From: Stegostoma tigrinum | Taxonomy: Eukaryota | Length of the DNA stretch: 64,000 bases | Direction: 5' to 3' | Assembly: GCF_030684315.1 (NCBI RefSeq) | Contig: NC_081384.1 | Coordinates: 31,148,935 to 31,212,934 of the forward strand | Shown: positions 26,760 through 38,672 of the stretch, piece by piece | Numbering within the stretch: position 1 is the first letter of the stretch | How the letters are laid out: each line of letters opens with the position of its first letter | The notes under the pieces: generated by a model | Database searches by the model: none | The model's input: the letters and a program-made list of their open reading frames with translations, nothing else | What the model was told of the DNA's origin: nothing | Translations under genes and position numbers: made by a program

Positions 26760-29150
26760 TAGCAGATGTCAAGAAAATAAATTAATGGAATGTCTACAAG
26801 ATGGGTTTTTTTGGAGCAGCTTGTGGTAGAACCCACTAGGCAACAGGCAATTCTGTGTTTGGTGATATGTAATGAGGCATACGTGATTAGGGAACTGAAG
26901 GTGAAGGAACCCCCAGTGACAGTGACCATAATAGGAAAGAATTAACCTTGCAGTTTGAGACGAGAAGCTGGAATTAAATTTAGCGGTATTACAATTAAGT
27001 AAAGATAACTACAAAGACATGAGGGAGGAGCTGGCCAGAGGTAATTGGAAGGTAAGGCTAGCAGGGAAGATGGTGGGTTCAGCAATAGCAGATATTCTGG
27101 GGGTAATGTGGGAGGCATAGCATAAATTTCCCCAAAGGAGGAAGAAACACTCTAAGGGGAGGCAACAATGGCTGACAATAGAAGTCAGGAACAAGATAAT
27201 AGCAACAAAAAAGGATACAATATGGTGAACATTACCGGGAAGCCAGAGGATTGGGAAGCCTTCAAAAACCAGCAGAAGATAACTAAAAAAGCAATAAAGG
27301 GTGAGAAGATGAAATATTAGAGTAAGCTAGCTAGTAATGTAGGAGAAGATTAATCAAATAAAACTTCTAGGTATCTAAAAGGTAAGGGAGAGAAAGAATG
27401 GACATTGAATCACTGAAACATCACTGAGAAGTAATAAGAGGGAACAGAGAAATGGCGGAGGAACTCAGTAAGTACTTTGCATCAGTTTTCACAGTTGAAG
27501 ATGCCAGCAGCAAACCAGAACTTCAAGAGAGTCGGGTGAGAGCAGAGGTGAGTATGGTGGCCCTCACTAAAAAGGTGCTTAGGAAGCTGAAAAGTCTGAA
27601 GTTAGATAAATCACCTGTACAGGATGTACAACACCCCAGAGTTCTGAAGGACCTAGCTGCGAAGATTGTACAGGCATTGGTGGTGATCTTTAGAGAAATC
27701 ACTTGATCATGCAGATTCATTGAAGACTGGAAAATGGCTAAAGTAACATCCCTGTTTTATAAGAAAGAGAGGCAGAAAACAAGAAACTATATGCCAATTA
27801 GGCTGACCTCATTCATTAGTAAGATTTTAGGGTCCATAATTAAGGACAAGATTGTGGAGTAGTTGGAAGTGCGTGGTAAGATAGAGTGGAGTCAGTATGG
27901 CTTCATCAAGGCTAGATCGAGCCTGACAAATCTGTTAGAATTCTTTGAGGAAGTACCAAGCGAGTTAGACAAAGGATAGCCAATGAACGTGACCTATTTG
28001 ATTTTATAAAGCCTTTGATGAGGTGCTGCACAGAAAGTTCCTAAATAGGATAAGAGCCCATTGTTTAGGGGCAAGATACTAGCTTGGATAGAGGATTGGC
28101 TGACTGGCAGAGGCAGAGAGTAAGAGGTCTTTATCAGGATAGCAGATGGTGACTAGTGGAGTTGTGCAGGGATCAGTGTCGGGACACAGTTACTCATGTT
28201 ATACATTAACCATCTGGACAAAGGAACTGAGGGCATTGTTGCAGATTTTAGAAAGATACGTGGAGGGACAGGTCATGTTGAGGAGGTGGGGAGGCTGCGG
28301 AAGGACTTTGACATGCCGTGTGAGTGGGCAAAGAAGTGGCAGATAGAATACAACGTGGGAAAGTATGAGGTTATACATTTTGTAGGGAAGAATAGAGGCA
28401 TAGACCATTTACTAAGTGGGGAAAGTCTTTGGAAATTTGAAGCACAAAGGGACTTGGGAGTTCTAGTTCAGGATTCCCTTAAGGTTAACATGCAGGCTCA
28501 GTTGGCAGTTAGCTAGGCAAATGCAACATTGGTATTAATTTCAAGAGGGCTAGAAAACCAAAGCAGAAATGTACTGCTGAGACTATCTGACTCTGTCAGA
28601 TAGCATTTGGAATATTGTGAGCAGTTTTGGGCCTTGTATCTAAGGAAAGATGAGCTAGTGTTGGATAGTGTTCAGAGGAAGTTTATAAGAATGACTCCAG
28701 GGATGCGGATTTGTTGTATGATGAGTGGTTGAGGACTCTGGTCTGTACTCAAAGGAGCTTATAAGGATGGGGGGAGTTGATTGAAACACATCGGATACTG
28801 AGAAGTCTGGATGGACTGGATGCTGAGAATATCTTTCCGCGAATGGGAGAGATTAGGACCCAAAAGCAAAGCTTCAGCATGAAGGGACAATCCTTTAGAA
28901 CTGAGATGAGGAGGGATTTCTTCAGACAGAGCATGGTGACTCTGTGGAGCTTAGTACCACAGAGGCCTGTGGAGACCAAGTCATTTAGTGTATCTAAGAC
29001 AGAGATAGATAGATTCTTGATTAGTAAGGGGATCAAGGGTTCTGGGGAGAAGGCAGGAGAATGGAGTTGAGAAATATATAGGTCATGATCAAATGACAGA
29101 GATGATTTGAGGGGCTGAATGGCCTAATTCTGCTCCTATATCTTGTGGTC
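26760..29150 (+). mobile_element. CR1 LINE ORF2 remnant (RT to 3' tail), apparently inserted into an older CR1 (about 25960-26690 and 29150-29500)
   Basis: MAEELSKYFASVFTVED, VTSGVVQGSV, EWAKKWQIEYNVGKYEVIHF, FRTEMRRDFFRQSMVTLWS motifs with many stops; typical 3' tail ggctgaatggcctaattctgctcctat. Confidence 0.88.
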
Positions 29151-29618
29151 ATTGGACTTCAAAAGAATGAAAGGTCATCTCATAGAAAAATGCAAGATTT
29201 TTAGCAGGAAACACAATGAAAGGAATAATTCCCTTGCCTGAGGATCTGAAACATGGGGACACAGTCTCAGACTAAGCTAAAGAGAAAATTATTCTCTCAG
29301 AGGGCTGTGAATCTTTGGAATTCTCTACCCCAGAAAGTTGTGAATGTTTTATTATTGAATACTTTAAGGGCTAAATCACACAGATATCTTTTTCTAAGGG
29401 AAATTTCTTTTCTAAGTGTGGAGTTACGTCAGCAGATTAGCCACAATCATATTTAATGGCAAGCTGGACAGACCATGTGTTTATTCCTGCTTCAATTCTT
29501 GTGGTCAACTCTGATGCTCACCACATTTTCCTTCCTAGCTAATGAATTGATCAGTGTAAAAAATACTCACTGCTCATCCATGCATTAAATTCACATCATT
29601 TAACACCCATGTTAATCA

Positions 29619-29823
29619 AGGTCAAAAGTCACATGACACCAGGTTACAATTCAATAGGTTTAGTTGAAATCACAAACTTCCAGAAAGCTGCCCATTTGTC
29701 AGCTCCTGACGAAGAGGCAGCGCTTCAAACATTGATGATCTCAAATGAATCTGTTGGACTATAACCTAGTGTCGTTTGACGTCCGACCTTGTCCACCCCA
29801 GTCTACCACCAGCACCTCCACAT
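29619..29823. mobile_element. Fold-back Penelope-derived element (second family) with 11 bp TSD
   Basis: Imperfect inverted arms, CTGACGA core at 29706, one-sided tail; catgttaatca at 29608-29618 and 29824-29834. Confidence 0.75.
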
Positions 29824-30665
29824 CATGTTAATCATCGTAAACTGTTGATGCTAAGGCAGCCAGAATAATGACATTGTTAGGAAAGGATTGATTTTAGTTT
29901 CCCTCTGCATTATACTTCTTAGATTATGTGTCAATAACGATCACTTCATTGATTTTGTGTACTTTTTACAGTATTAAAAATTTGTAATTAATTTCCTACT
30001 GACTAGTAACTGCAGTTTTCAGTTGGAGCTACAAAACATGAATGGTGATTTATGTTGATAAGATAGTAATAAAAGGTTTCACTGAAGAGCTACATAACTA
30101 AAAAAAAAGTACTGAGAAAAGCTTGTGCAAATATGAACCTTCTGAAGAGTTATTTTCTTGTAGATTAAAGACAAACTTACATGATAACTTTGGTGTTTCT
30201 ACACTCCATTTGATAACTGATTCCAAATGCATCCAGTTTCTGTCTTGGTTCTAAGCAGAGACCATTTTCCATGCACTATAATGTTGTGTATACAGACACT
30301 AAACATCAGTTGAAAGCGGACTCGCTCGCCCAAGCTCAGTGGCTAAAATTAATGCAAAAATAAAACTATGGTCTGCTGAATGTAGTTTGCAATTAGAAGA
30401 GCCTTGCTATATAACACTTTTGAGCTGAGTCTGATCTGCATAGAGACGTAGTAACAATTTTCTTTTTATAGAGTTCGCTACATGCACAAATTAAATTGTC
30501 TCCACTGCATTTTTTAGGTGAACAATGGGAACACTTTTCCTTTTCCTTAACATAGAAATGTTACACTATCATATAATTTTAAAATACCTGAGGTGGACTC
30601 AGAGAGTTGTTATAAAATAGGCACACTTAAAATGCTCAGACCCCGGCAACTCAGATGAGAATGAG

Positions 30666-30832
30666 ACAAAAACCGAAAGATCTGTAAATCAGAAACAAAA
30701 ATGGAAATTGCTAGAAAAGCTCAGCGGGGGTGGCAGCACCTGTGGAAGGGTCATTCGATTCGAAACTTTAATTCTGATTTCTGTCCATAGATACTGCCAG
30801 ATCTGCTGAGCTTTTCCAGCAATTTCTCTCTT
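30666..30832. mobile_element. Fold-back Penelope-derived element with 10 bp TSD
   Basis: gaaattgctagaaaagctcagc / gctgagcttttccagcaatttc inverted arms; tgagaatgag at 30656-30665 and 30833-30842. Confidence 0.75.
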
Positions 30833-31769
30833 TGAGAATGAGGCAGCCAGTTTGACTGTAATGCGGTCAAAGATCATACTGTGATCTAGCACTCAGTTGT
30901 ATTGTAATTTCTGGTGTAGGCATAAGTAGTACTACAAAAACACATTGAGAATAATTCCATCTGTCATGATTCAGAAAGTACACGGTGAATTGCAAAGCAA
31001 CCTTCATTAAAAAAATATAATTTTTCAAATGTCTAAAGAATGTTGCGCATTGAAGATGTCCATGATAGCACAGTTTTAGTGGATGCCTAGTGTGGTACTG
31101 TCTTAACAATGCATCATTAAGTTGACTTTCTCTTAAAGAAATTAGTGCAGATAATGGTTACAAATAAAGATGGAATAATGGATTGGATACAAAATGACTG
31201 TGCGAGATACAGCAATACTACTTAGTCAAACTTTCAGTGAATGTTTGCTTTATAAAAATCTTTATGCAAGGGGCTACTGAGAGGTGATAAGAGTACATGC
31301 TGTACGTCCATTTCTGACTGTTGTGTTCTTTGTGTAGGTGATTGGAAATATCAAAGCAGCAAGATGCTGTTGAAACTTCATATGCACAACCCAGCTCAGC
31401 TCAGTATTGATGCCTTATTCATTCCTCACTCTGTGAAATGTATACCAGTGACATATTTACTGACCAGTATGTGAGGGGTTTTGTTCCACAGTTCTGTATG
31501 AAACAGAGTTGAAACAGTGGTCATGTCACACCACTTAATAAAAACATGGTGCTTTGTGTTTTTTTTACTGTCATCAGTTCAGGTTACCAGAACTAAAGTG
31601 CAATGTTATTGCATATTTAGTGGATTGTAGATGACACTGACGTGAACACACAAACAAATTTGGAGGTCGTGTTACTAATAACATGTTTAGGAAGTGCATA
31701 GTCCAATGTTCTATAATAATACAAAATGCATTACATTCAAAACATTTTGTTTTTTTGCCCAAATTTCAA

Positions 31770-31798
31770 TTTATGCATGGATTTCAAATGATATATAT
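31770..31798 (+). promoter_or_regulatory. Candidate GH proximal promoter: Pit-1 (POU1F1) consensus TTTATGCAT and TATA-like ATATATAT
   Basis: Match to WWTATNCAT at 31770-31778; ATATATAT at 31791-31798, about 100 bp upstream of the ATG; motif match only in AT-rich DNA. Confidence 0.4.
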
Positions 31799-31889
31799 GT
31801 TGACTGGTGAAGGCAATGTTACAATTGTCTAAACCAAGCTTGCCTATAGTTGCTTGCATCTTTTTCGTTAGTTACAGGAAATTGATAGG

Positions 31890-31899
31890 ATGGCTTCAG
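31890..31899 (+). CDS. GH1: GH coding exon 1 (ATG GCT TCA G)
   Basis: 10 nt coding exon followed by GTagta, the canonical GH exon 1 size and phase; in frame with exon 2. Confidence 0.85.
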
Positions 31900-32662
31900 G
31901 TAGTATCTCCTGGTTTATTTTGTTGGGGTTTCTGCTTGATTTAGGATTTAAATCTTTTTAACAGAATCTTCCACAAGTTTCTCTTCAATTGATCTTGCCA
32001 AGTTTTGACTCTATCTGTTACGTTTCAATTTTTATTCCTATGCCAGTCATACCAAACTATTGCTTGATTATTTGTTTTTCCTCAATGATTTCTGGTCAAC
32101 TTGTTGATATTACAGCATTCGACAATGCAGAAGTGTGGACCCATCAAACTCTTGAACATTGCTCGAAATTATTCCTGAACTGTCCATTGTTGTGTTTACA
32201 GGATTAGACTCCTATTTTGTTCAATAAATTGCTTGGTGAACAACTTTTAACCCAAGCTAAAGCTTGCAGAGGAATCCTTGTCCTTTGTACATAAATCCTT
32301 CTCTTTTTAATTTCCGATACCACACAATAGCCTAAAAAAAATAGTTTTTACTAATCAACCTATTTAGACATGTTATGGTACACCTTTGAGGCAGGTGGGA
32401 CTTCGACCAAGGCCCTCCAGCCCAGGGTTAGGTGCACTACCAGTGTGCCACAAGATCCCTAAGAAAGGGGACTTGAACCCACAACCAACTACTTCAGACA
32501 TGAGAAGTACAGGCAGTGAGGTAACCTAATGCTTTCTCTTGTAACTCTTCACATTTCTTTGATGCTGCGCGGTTTATTTTGTTGTCTTTCTCCACTTTAT
32601 TTCCCCCAAAAAGATATGTTCAGTTTAGTTAGAACTGTTCTTTTCTTCCCCCTCCACACTAG

Positions 32663-32826
32663 GTTTGTCACTGTGTTCCGTTGCCTTGGCTCTGATGTGG
32701 GTTTCCATGTTGTACCCCAGAGATCTGGAAGCATACCCTTTGCTGCCTCTGTCTGAACTTTTCGCCAAGGCTGTGCACAGGGCACAGCACCTGCACCTCG
32801 TCGCTGCAGAAACCTGCAAGGATTTT
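32663..32826 (+). CDS. GH1: GH exon 2: (G)[54 protein letters not shown]
   Basis: ctAG acceptor, GTacgt donor; signal peptide plus helix 1 motif RAQHLH. Confidence 0.97.
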
Positions 32827-32935
32827 GTACGTAGTGATCCCTAAATGATAGTTACTCTGAAGCATCATTAGCCACAGCAATTAGCTTGTTATAGAACTTA
32901 AGCATTGACATGCATCTCATTTGCCTCTTCTACAG

Positions 32936-33052
32936 GAACGAAAATATATCCCAGAAGAGCAGCGCCATTCTCACAAGAGTTCACCCTCTGCTTTCTGCCA
33001 GTCTGAAACCATCCCAGCACCTACCGGCAAGGAGGATGCCCAGCAACGATCG
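32936..33052 (+). CDS. GH1: GH exon 3: [39 protein letters not shown]
   Basis: tacAG/GTaatg, 117 nt; [13 protein letters not shown] signature. Confidence 0.98.
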
Positions 33053-33665
33053 GTAATGTAAACACACACATCATCCAACCCTTTAAACACTACACCTTGC
33101 TCAAAGCTTCTGTCACTAGATTAAAAATTGTTCCCAACACAATACGTCACCTAACTAAATATATCTATTCAAAGCAAAAACAGAAATTGCTGCAGAATCT
33201 TGGCAGGTTTGGAGGTATCTGTAGACAGAAAGCTGGATCAACATTTTGGGTCTAGTGACCCTTCCTCAAGTTCTAATTGTAGCTAAGAAAAGGTTACACT
33301 ATATGCTGAAAACAGGATATGGTTGGAGATGGAAGTGGGGGTTAGCACTGCAAGTGGAAGGGGTAAACAATATCCGGAGACTGAGATGGGAGAGAGAGAG
33401 AGAGAGAGAGAGACAGCAGCAACTGGGCAGGCAAAGGGATTGATTAAAGGGATTGAGCTGGGAGAAAGAAAAGTTGCTAATAGGGACCATTATTGGGTGA
33501 AAACTGGTTGGCTGTAGGGAAAGGAGCCCATGTGATGACAAGACTAAGTGTGTGGAATGGGGGAAAGATATGGAAATAGGTATTCAGGCCCTTAAATTGT
33601 TGATAATAAAATGTGAGGCTGGATGAACACAGCAGGCCCAGCAGCATCTCAGGAGCACAAAAGCT

Positions 33666-33693
33666 GACGTTTCGGGCCGAGACCCTTCATCAG
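33666..33693 (-). ncRNA. Minimal hammerhead ribozyme core (Penelope-associated type)
   Basis: Reverse complement CTGATGA-A-GGGT-CTCG-GCCC-GAAAC-GTC: both conserved boxes, 4 bp stem II, palindromic ACGT in place of stem III. Confidence 0.6.
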
Positions 33694-34340
33694 AGAGGGG
33701 AATGGAGTGAGGGTTCTGGAATAAATATGGAGAGAGGGGGAGGCGGACCGAAGATGGAGAAAAAAGAAGATAGGTGGAGAGGAGAGTATAGGTGGGGAGG
33801 TAGGGAGGGGATAGGTCAGTCCAGGGAAGACGGACAGGTCAAGGAGGTGGGATGAGGTTGGTAGGTAGGAAATGGAGGTGCGGCTTGGTGTGGGAGGAAG
33901 GGATGAGTGAGAGGAAGAACAGGTTAGGGAGGCAGAGACAGGCTGGACTGGTTTTGGGATGCAGTGGGTGGAGGGGAAGAGCTGGGCTGGTTGTGTGGTG
34001 CAGTGGGGGGAGGGGACAAACTGGGCTGGTTTTGGGATGCAGTGGGGGAAGGGGAGATTTTGAAGCTGGTGAAGTCCACATTGATACCATTGGGCTGCAG
34101 GGTTCCCAAGTGGAATATGAGTTGCTGTTCCTGCAACCTTCGGGTGGCATCATTGTGGCACTGCAAGAGGCCCAGGATGGACATGTCATCTAAAGAATGG
34201 GAGGGGGAGTGGAAATGGTTCGCGACTGGGAGGAGTAGTTGCTTATACTCTCCTCTCCACCTATCTTCTTTTCTCTCCATCTTTGGTCCGCCTCCCCCTC
34301 TCTCCCTATTTATTCCAGAACTCTCACCCCATCCCCCTCT

Positions 34341-34368
34341 CTGATGAAAGGTCTAGGCCCGAAACGTC
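34341..34368 (+). ncRNA. Minimal hammerhead ribozyme core; stem II has one mismatch
   Basis: CTGATGA-A-AGGT-CTAG-GCCC-GAAAC-GTC. Confidence 0.5.
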
Positions 34369-35957
34369 AGCTTTTGTGCTCCTGAGAAGCTGCTGGGCCT
34401 GCTGTGTTCATCCAGCCTCACATTTTATTATCTTGGATTCTCCAGCATCTGCAGTTCCCATTATCACCTTAAATTGTTGTACTGGATACTGAGTCTTGAA
34501 AGCTGCAGGTCTCCCAAGTGAAAAATGAGGTACTGTTTTTATAGATTACACTGAGCCTTGCCAGAACATGCAGCAGGTCCAAAGCACAGATGTTGACCAG
34601 GGAATATAGTGGTGTATTAAAGTGGCAGGCAATTTGGAGTCATATTTGTAGACGGAATGCAAGAGTTCTGCAAAGCAGTTGGCTAGTCTGTGTTTCATTC
34701 CCTCAATGTAGAGTAGATCACATAGAGAAGAGAATACAGTAGACTAGATTGGATGAAGTTCAGGTAAATCGCTGATCCATCTGGAAGGTATATTTTGGCC
34801 CTTGGATAGTGAGGAGGGAGGAAGTATAAACAGTTATGCCTTCTGTGATTGCATGGAAAGGTGCTGTGGGGGCATGGGGTGATGTTGAAAGTGGAGGAGG
34901 AGTGGAGCAGAGTGTCCTAGAGGGTAAGGTTTCTGTGGAATGCTGAAAAGGGAGAGGAGGGGAATATGTTTTGGTGCAGAAATGGCAGCTTATGATCCTT
35001 TGAAAGTGGATGCTGGAGGGACAGAAAGTGAGGACCAAGAGGACACTATCAGTATTATGGGATCAAAGAGAAGGGGCGAAAATAGATGTGTGCGAAATGG
35101 ATCAGATACAGCTAATGGCCTTGTCAACCACCATGGTGGTGAATCCCTGTCTGAGGAAAAAGATGAACCTTTCTGAAGCCCAACATTATCAGGAAGACTG
35201 CATCATCAGAATGGATGCAATGGATTCAGAGAAACTGGGAGAGCAGAATGGAACCTTTATAGGGAAAGGGTGTGAGGATGCATAGTTTAGGTAACAGTCG
35301 GCGTTGGAGCATTTGTAATTGATATTGGTGGCCAGGCTATCCCCAGAAATGGAAATAGAGTTATTGAAGAAGGGAAGGGAGGAGTCAGAGATGGACCCAG
35401 TGAAGTTGAGAGTGAGGTGGAAATTGGAAGCAAAATTGATAAACTTTTCCAATTCCAGACAAGAGAGGGCAGCAACACTGATGATGTCATGAATATACTA
35501 GAGAAAGAGTTGTTGGGAGGGACTCAAATAGGATTGGGTCAAGGAATGTGCCATGTGCCCCACAAAGAGTGAGGCGTAAATTTCATATTCTGTTTTTGTT
35601 TCAGATATCTGCAGTCTTTTTGTTTTTCGTTAATTCCTAATCAAATGTTTGTGTTTTCTGGTTAAATTGACTTGTTTTGGAGATAATACTCTCTGTCAAA
35701 CTCAAGTTGGTTGCTAAACAAAGAAACGTTTGCAACCTGACTTCGACGATATTTATGACCCACAGAAAGTGGTGACTCCGCACAGTTAAAGCCAATACTT
35801 AACTAGCCCACACAAATAGTCAAAACCAAATGATACCAAAGATTATTTAGATTTTCCCCTGAGAGCTTGTATGTTCATATTCTACCAAACTTCAACGTTA
35901 GAAACAAAGCAGTATCAAAGTGATTGGAACAAAAACGCTTTTCCCATTCTCTCACAG

Positions 35958-36098
35958 GATAAGGAGCTGTTGTTGTATTCGCTGCTTCTCATTCGGTCCT
36001 GGTTCGATTCCGTTCAGAATAGTAGGGCTTTCAGAACCTCAGACAGGGTCTATGACAAATTGCAGGACCTGGAAGAAGGTATCTATGCTCTGTTGAAG
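35958..36098 (+). CDS. GH1: GH exon 4: [47 protein letters not shown]
   Basis: cacAG/GTaggt, 141 nt; SLLLIxSW and KLxDLEEGI motifs. Confidence 0.98.
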
Positions 36099-36354
36099 GT
36101 AGGTGCATACAATATGACTATCGCTCCTGCAGTGATAATTTGTATGATAAATACAAGATGTTTGCCAACAAGGGAAAAGTCAACATAGAAAATGAAATGT
36201 TGATGCTTTCAGTTCACACCTTGTTTATGCATTCATTGCTTTTACACTCATTCACTGTAAGTTTAACAATACCAGTTTTAAAATTGCAAGAAAGCACCAT
36301 TATTTTTGCGTATGATTGATTGGGTGAAAGAGATAACAACTCGCCAGTAATAGA

Positions 36355-36586
36355 TAACAAAGTGTGGGGCTGGATGAACACAGCAGGCCAAGCAGCATCT
36401 TAGGGACACAAAAGCTGACATTTTGGGCCTAGACCCTTCATCAGAAAACCTTTTCTGATGAAGGGTCCAGGCCCGAAACGTCAGCTTTTGTGCTCCTGAG
36501 ATGCTGCTTGGCCTGATGTGTTCATCCAGCCCCACACTTTGTTATCTTGGATTCTCCAGCATCTGCAGTTCCCATTATCTCCTCTA
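36355..36586. mobile_element. Near-perfect hairpin Penelope-derived element with 12 bp TSD in GH intron 4
   Basis: ~96 bp inverted arms meeting at cc (36449-36450), one-sided tail; gccagtaataga at 36343-36354 and 36587-36598. Confidence 0.9.
36455..36482 (+). ncRNA. Minimal hammerhead ribozyme core
   Basis: CTGATGA-A-GGGT-CCAG-GCCC-GAAAC-GTC. Confidence 0.6.
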
Positions 36587-36821
36587 GCCAGTAATAGAGG
36601 TGTGGTAAAGGATATTTAAATTACCCCAATAGTGATGCCCATATAATTTTAGAAGCACTACATAGTATGTATCACTCTAATCGACTGAAATACGTTTTAT
36701 TCAGGATGTAACTACATTAATTGTCCAGGCTGGTCAAATATGAATACTTCACGCAAATATCTGATAAAACGCCACGTGAAGGATGTTATTAAACAGGAAA
36801 TTGTATGAAAAGGATTTACCT

Positions 36822-37095
36822 GTGGCTCAGTGGTTAGCATTGCTGTATCAAAAGCACAAGGAATCTGAGTTCAATTCCTGCCTGTGTCGAGTTTGTATGT
36901 TCACCCGATGTCTATGCGGGTTTCCTTTGGGTGCTCTTGTTTTCTCCTGCAGTCCATAGATGTGCAGGTTAGGTGGATTGGTCATGATAAGTGGGGGTCT
37001 GTGTGGGGTTTCAGAGATTGGGTAGGCTGCTCTTTGGAGAATCAATGCAGATTCAATGGGCCAAATGGTCTCTTTCTGTATTGTAGGAATTCTAT
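36822..37095 (+). mobile_element. HE1-like (V-domain) tRNA-derived SINE
   Basis: gtggctcagtggttagca A box, gagttcaattcc B box, gatgtgcaggttaggtggattgg core, CR1-like tail. Confidence 0.75.
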
Positions 37096-37129
37096 AAAAC
37101 TGGAAGGTTTGAGTTTTTAGGATAGTCTG

Positions 37130-37506
37130 GTTCTTTTTTCCCTGGAACTTAGGAGGCTGCGACCATATGGAGATTTCTAAAATCATAGCCGAGGTCTTCT
37201 CCCCAGGGTAGGGAGTCCAAAACTAGAGAGCATAGGTTAATGGTAAGAGGGAAAAGATTTAAAAGAGACCTGAGAGGCAACTTTTTCACCCAGAGGGTAG
37301 TGCATATATTGATTGACCAGCCAGAGGAAGTGATAGAGGCGGGTACAATTACAACATTTAAAAGACATTCAGACAGGTACGTGGATAGGGAAGGATTACC
37401 AAGATATGGACCAAATGCAGGCAAATAGGACTGGTTCAGTTTAGGAAGCCTGGTTGGCATGGATGAGTGGGTTGAAGAGTCTATTTCCATTCTGTATGAC
37501 TCTATG
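37130..37506 (+). mobile_element. CR1 LINE 3' end
   Basis: RGKRFKRDLRGNFFTQRVV motif; tatgactctatg tail. Confidence 0.85.
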
Positions 37507-38672
37507 TAAGATTTATATAGAAATGTTAAAGCTGTTGAAATAATCAGTAATAACTCCTTAGAATAAAACTGCTCTAATAACAGAAAAGGTAATTAAAACA
37601 ATTCCAAAGAGTTATGGTTCAATTACTGGATGGTATAAGTAATTCCCAGTAGAATTTAATGCTTCAGAAGTTATCAGTAAGAATTACTGACTTTGGGCCA
37701 TCACCAAGTTGGCTGACTAGGTGCATTCAATATTGAAACAACAAAATTAATGTACAATCGATTGCTTTACGAATATGATGTTCAAACACAATGCAATGAA
37801 TTTCATTCACAGTCAAAACAGCTTTTAGATTCTGATTACCAAACAGACTGAAATTTGTCTAAATAGATCATGAGGACATGAAACAGGATAAGTGCAGCAT
37901 TCAAATATAAAATATTTCAAATAATATAATAAAAGCTACAGAAAATTGATTAGAAAGCATGTAATTTAAGGGTGAAATAAAGAAAATGAAGAAGGGAAAA
38001 AAAGCAGAAAAAAAAACAGGTTTAGGATATTTACATACTAGATTAAATGAATTGGATGGAATCCATCAGTGAAACTATACAAGGAATAAACTTAACAAAA
38101 TAATTACTTTTTCCCCTCTGATTTTATGTTTTTAGACAAATCTGGTCTAGTCCTAGAGCTAGTTTTCAAAGATACTCATGAATTTATTTGCTTCAGCAAG
38201 GCACATTCATTATTGTGATACCTCTTTACTTGTATAACAGTAAAGGCAGACTAGAAGATATTACATGTAATACTGCATATTGCATGTTAAGGTAGCTTCA
38301 GAAATCCATAATCACAAAATTTAAGCTTTTATCTGAATTGCAAGGGTTCATAATATTCTTTACTAACTTTCCACATGCTTCTTTAATACTTGAAAAGAGT
38401 TCATGTAATCTCTTTGGCCCATATTTAAGATATTTCCCAGAAGTGTACAGCAAGGCTAAAAATTGTAAGTTTTCATCAATGAATCAAATGATTTTACTTG
38501 AACAATATGGCACAGGATGTACTGAAATAATACTGTTCCATATGATGAAAACAGTGAGATTTTGTTTTACTATGTTACATTGCCAGGCCCACACATAATC
38601 TTATTTATCTGTTCTGAAAAAATGCTCTTTTTGTAAAACTGCTTTAACACCAACTCTTCTATCATTTCCCAG

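Larger units (their letters stand above)
33603..34466 (-). mobile_element. Young truncated Penelope-like element with inverted ~190 bp arms, GIY-YIG C-terminal fragment and 13 bp TSD
   Basis: Arms 33602-33790 and 34244-34432; PVANHFHSPSHSLDDMSILGLLQCHNDATRRLQEQQLIFHLGTLQPNGINVDF; ccttaaattgttg at 33590-33602 and 34467-34479. Confidence 0.88.
33170..35630 (-). mobile_element. Older Penelope-like element filling most of GH intron 3
   Basis: Minus-strand relics EKFINFASNFHLTLNFTGSISDSSLPF and SSLLTIQGPKYTFQ; terminal arm at 33170-33270. Confidence 0.8.

Noticed and set aside
32529-32756. 75 aa hydrophobic ORF overlapping GH exon 2
   Set aside because: Different frame from the spliced GH ORF and starts in the intron; incidental.
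36353-36546. Long hairpin as pre-miRNA or DNA-transposon MITE
   Set aside because: Arms match the termini of the GIY-YIG-bearing Penelope fragment at 33603, with an asymmetric tail and a 12 bp TSD; small-RNA production cannot be judged from sequence.
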